This document shows, in pieces, positions 63,865-64,000 of a stretch of DNA of 64,000 nucleotides. Origin of the DNA: Asterias rubens (Eukaryota); contig NC_047074.1 in NCBI RefSeq assembly GCF_902459465.1, positions 7,626,001 through 7,690,000 of the forward strand, in the 5' to 3' direction. The notes under the pieces are model-generated. The model had not been told where the DNA came from. It saw nothing but the letters and a program-made list of their open reading frames with translations, and did no database searches. The position numbers and the translations under genes are program-made. How positions within the stretch are numbered: position 1 is the stretch's first letter; each line of letters opens with the position of its first letter.

Positions 63865-64000
63865 AGGCACTGGACACTATTTGTAATTACTCCAAATAAT
63901 TGTTAGCATAAAAAAAACCATGTAAAAACGTACTTGGTAACAAGCAGTGGGGAGCTGTTGAAAGAATAAAACATTGTAAGAAATGGCTCCCTCTGAAGTA
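63865..64000. mobile_element. K1 MITE truncated by the window end
   Basis: AGGCACTGGACACTATT start; body as at 37993. Confidence 0.8.

Overview
AT-rich animal genomic DNA with spliceosomal introns; the gene families and repeats point to an echinoderm, probably an asteroid sea star (inference, not verified). Reconstructed by hand: (1) the 3' six exons of a + strand gene encoding Death domain-TIR-TIR, then an acidic duplicated tail ending in a CaaX motif (230-5135); (2) five single-coding-exon C-type lectin + PAN/apple genes, one intact (58970-59716), one cut before PAN by a TAG (34726-35295) and three pseudogenes; (3) an 8-exon amino acid/auxin permease (AAAP, Aa_trans) transporter on the - strand (13378-27330) whose exon 5 is split by a duplicated 18-mer flanking an N-gap and a microsatellite; (4) two tandem RING-Bbox-Bbox-CC-NHL TRIM genes. 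Intergenic and intronic DNA is packed with non-autonomous DNA transposons, mostly TTAA|AG...CT|TTAA (Kolobok-like), plus 3-bp-TSD MITEs, SINEs and LINE fragments, including two multi-level nested insertions. No rRNA, true tRNA or CRISPR array is supported. All family assignments come from motif recognition, not database searches.
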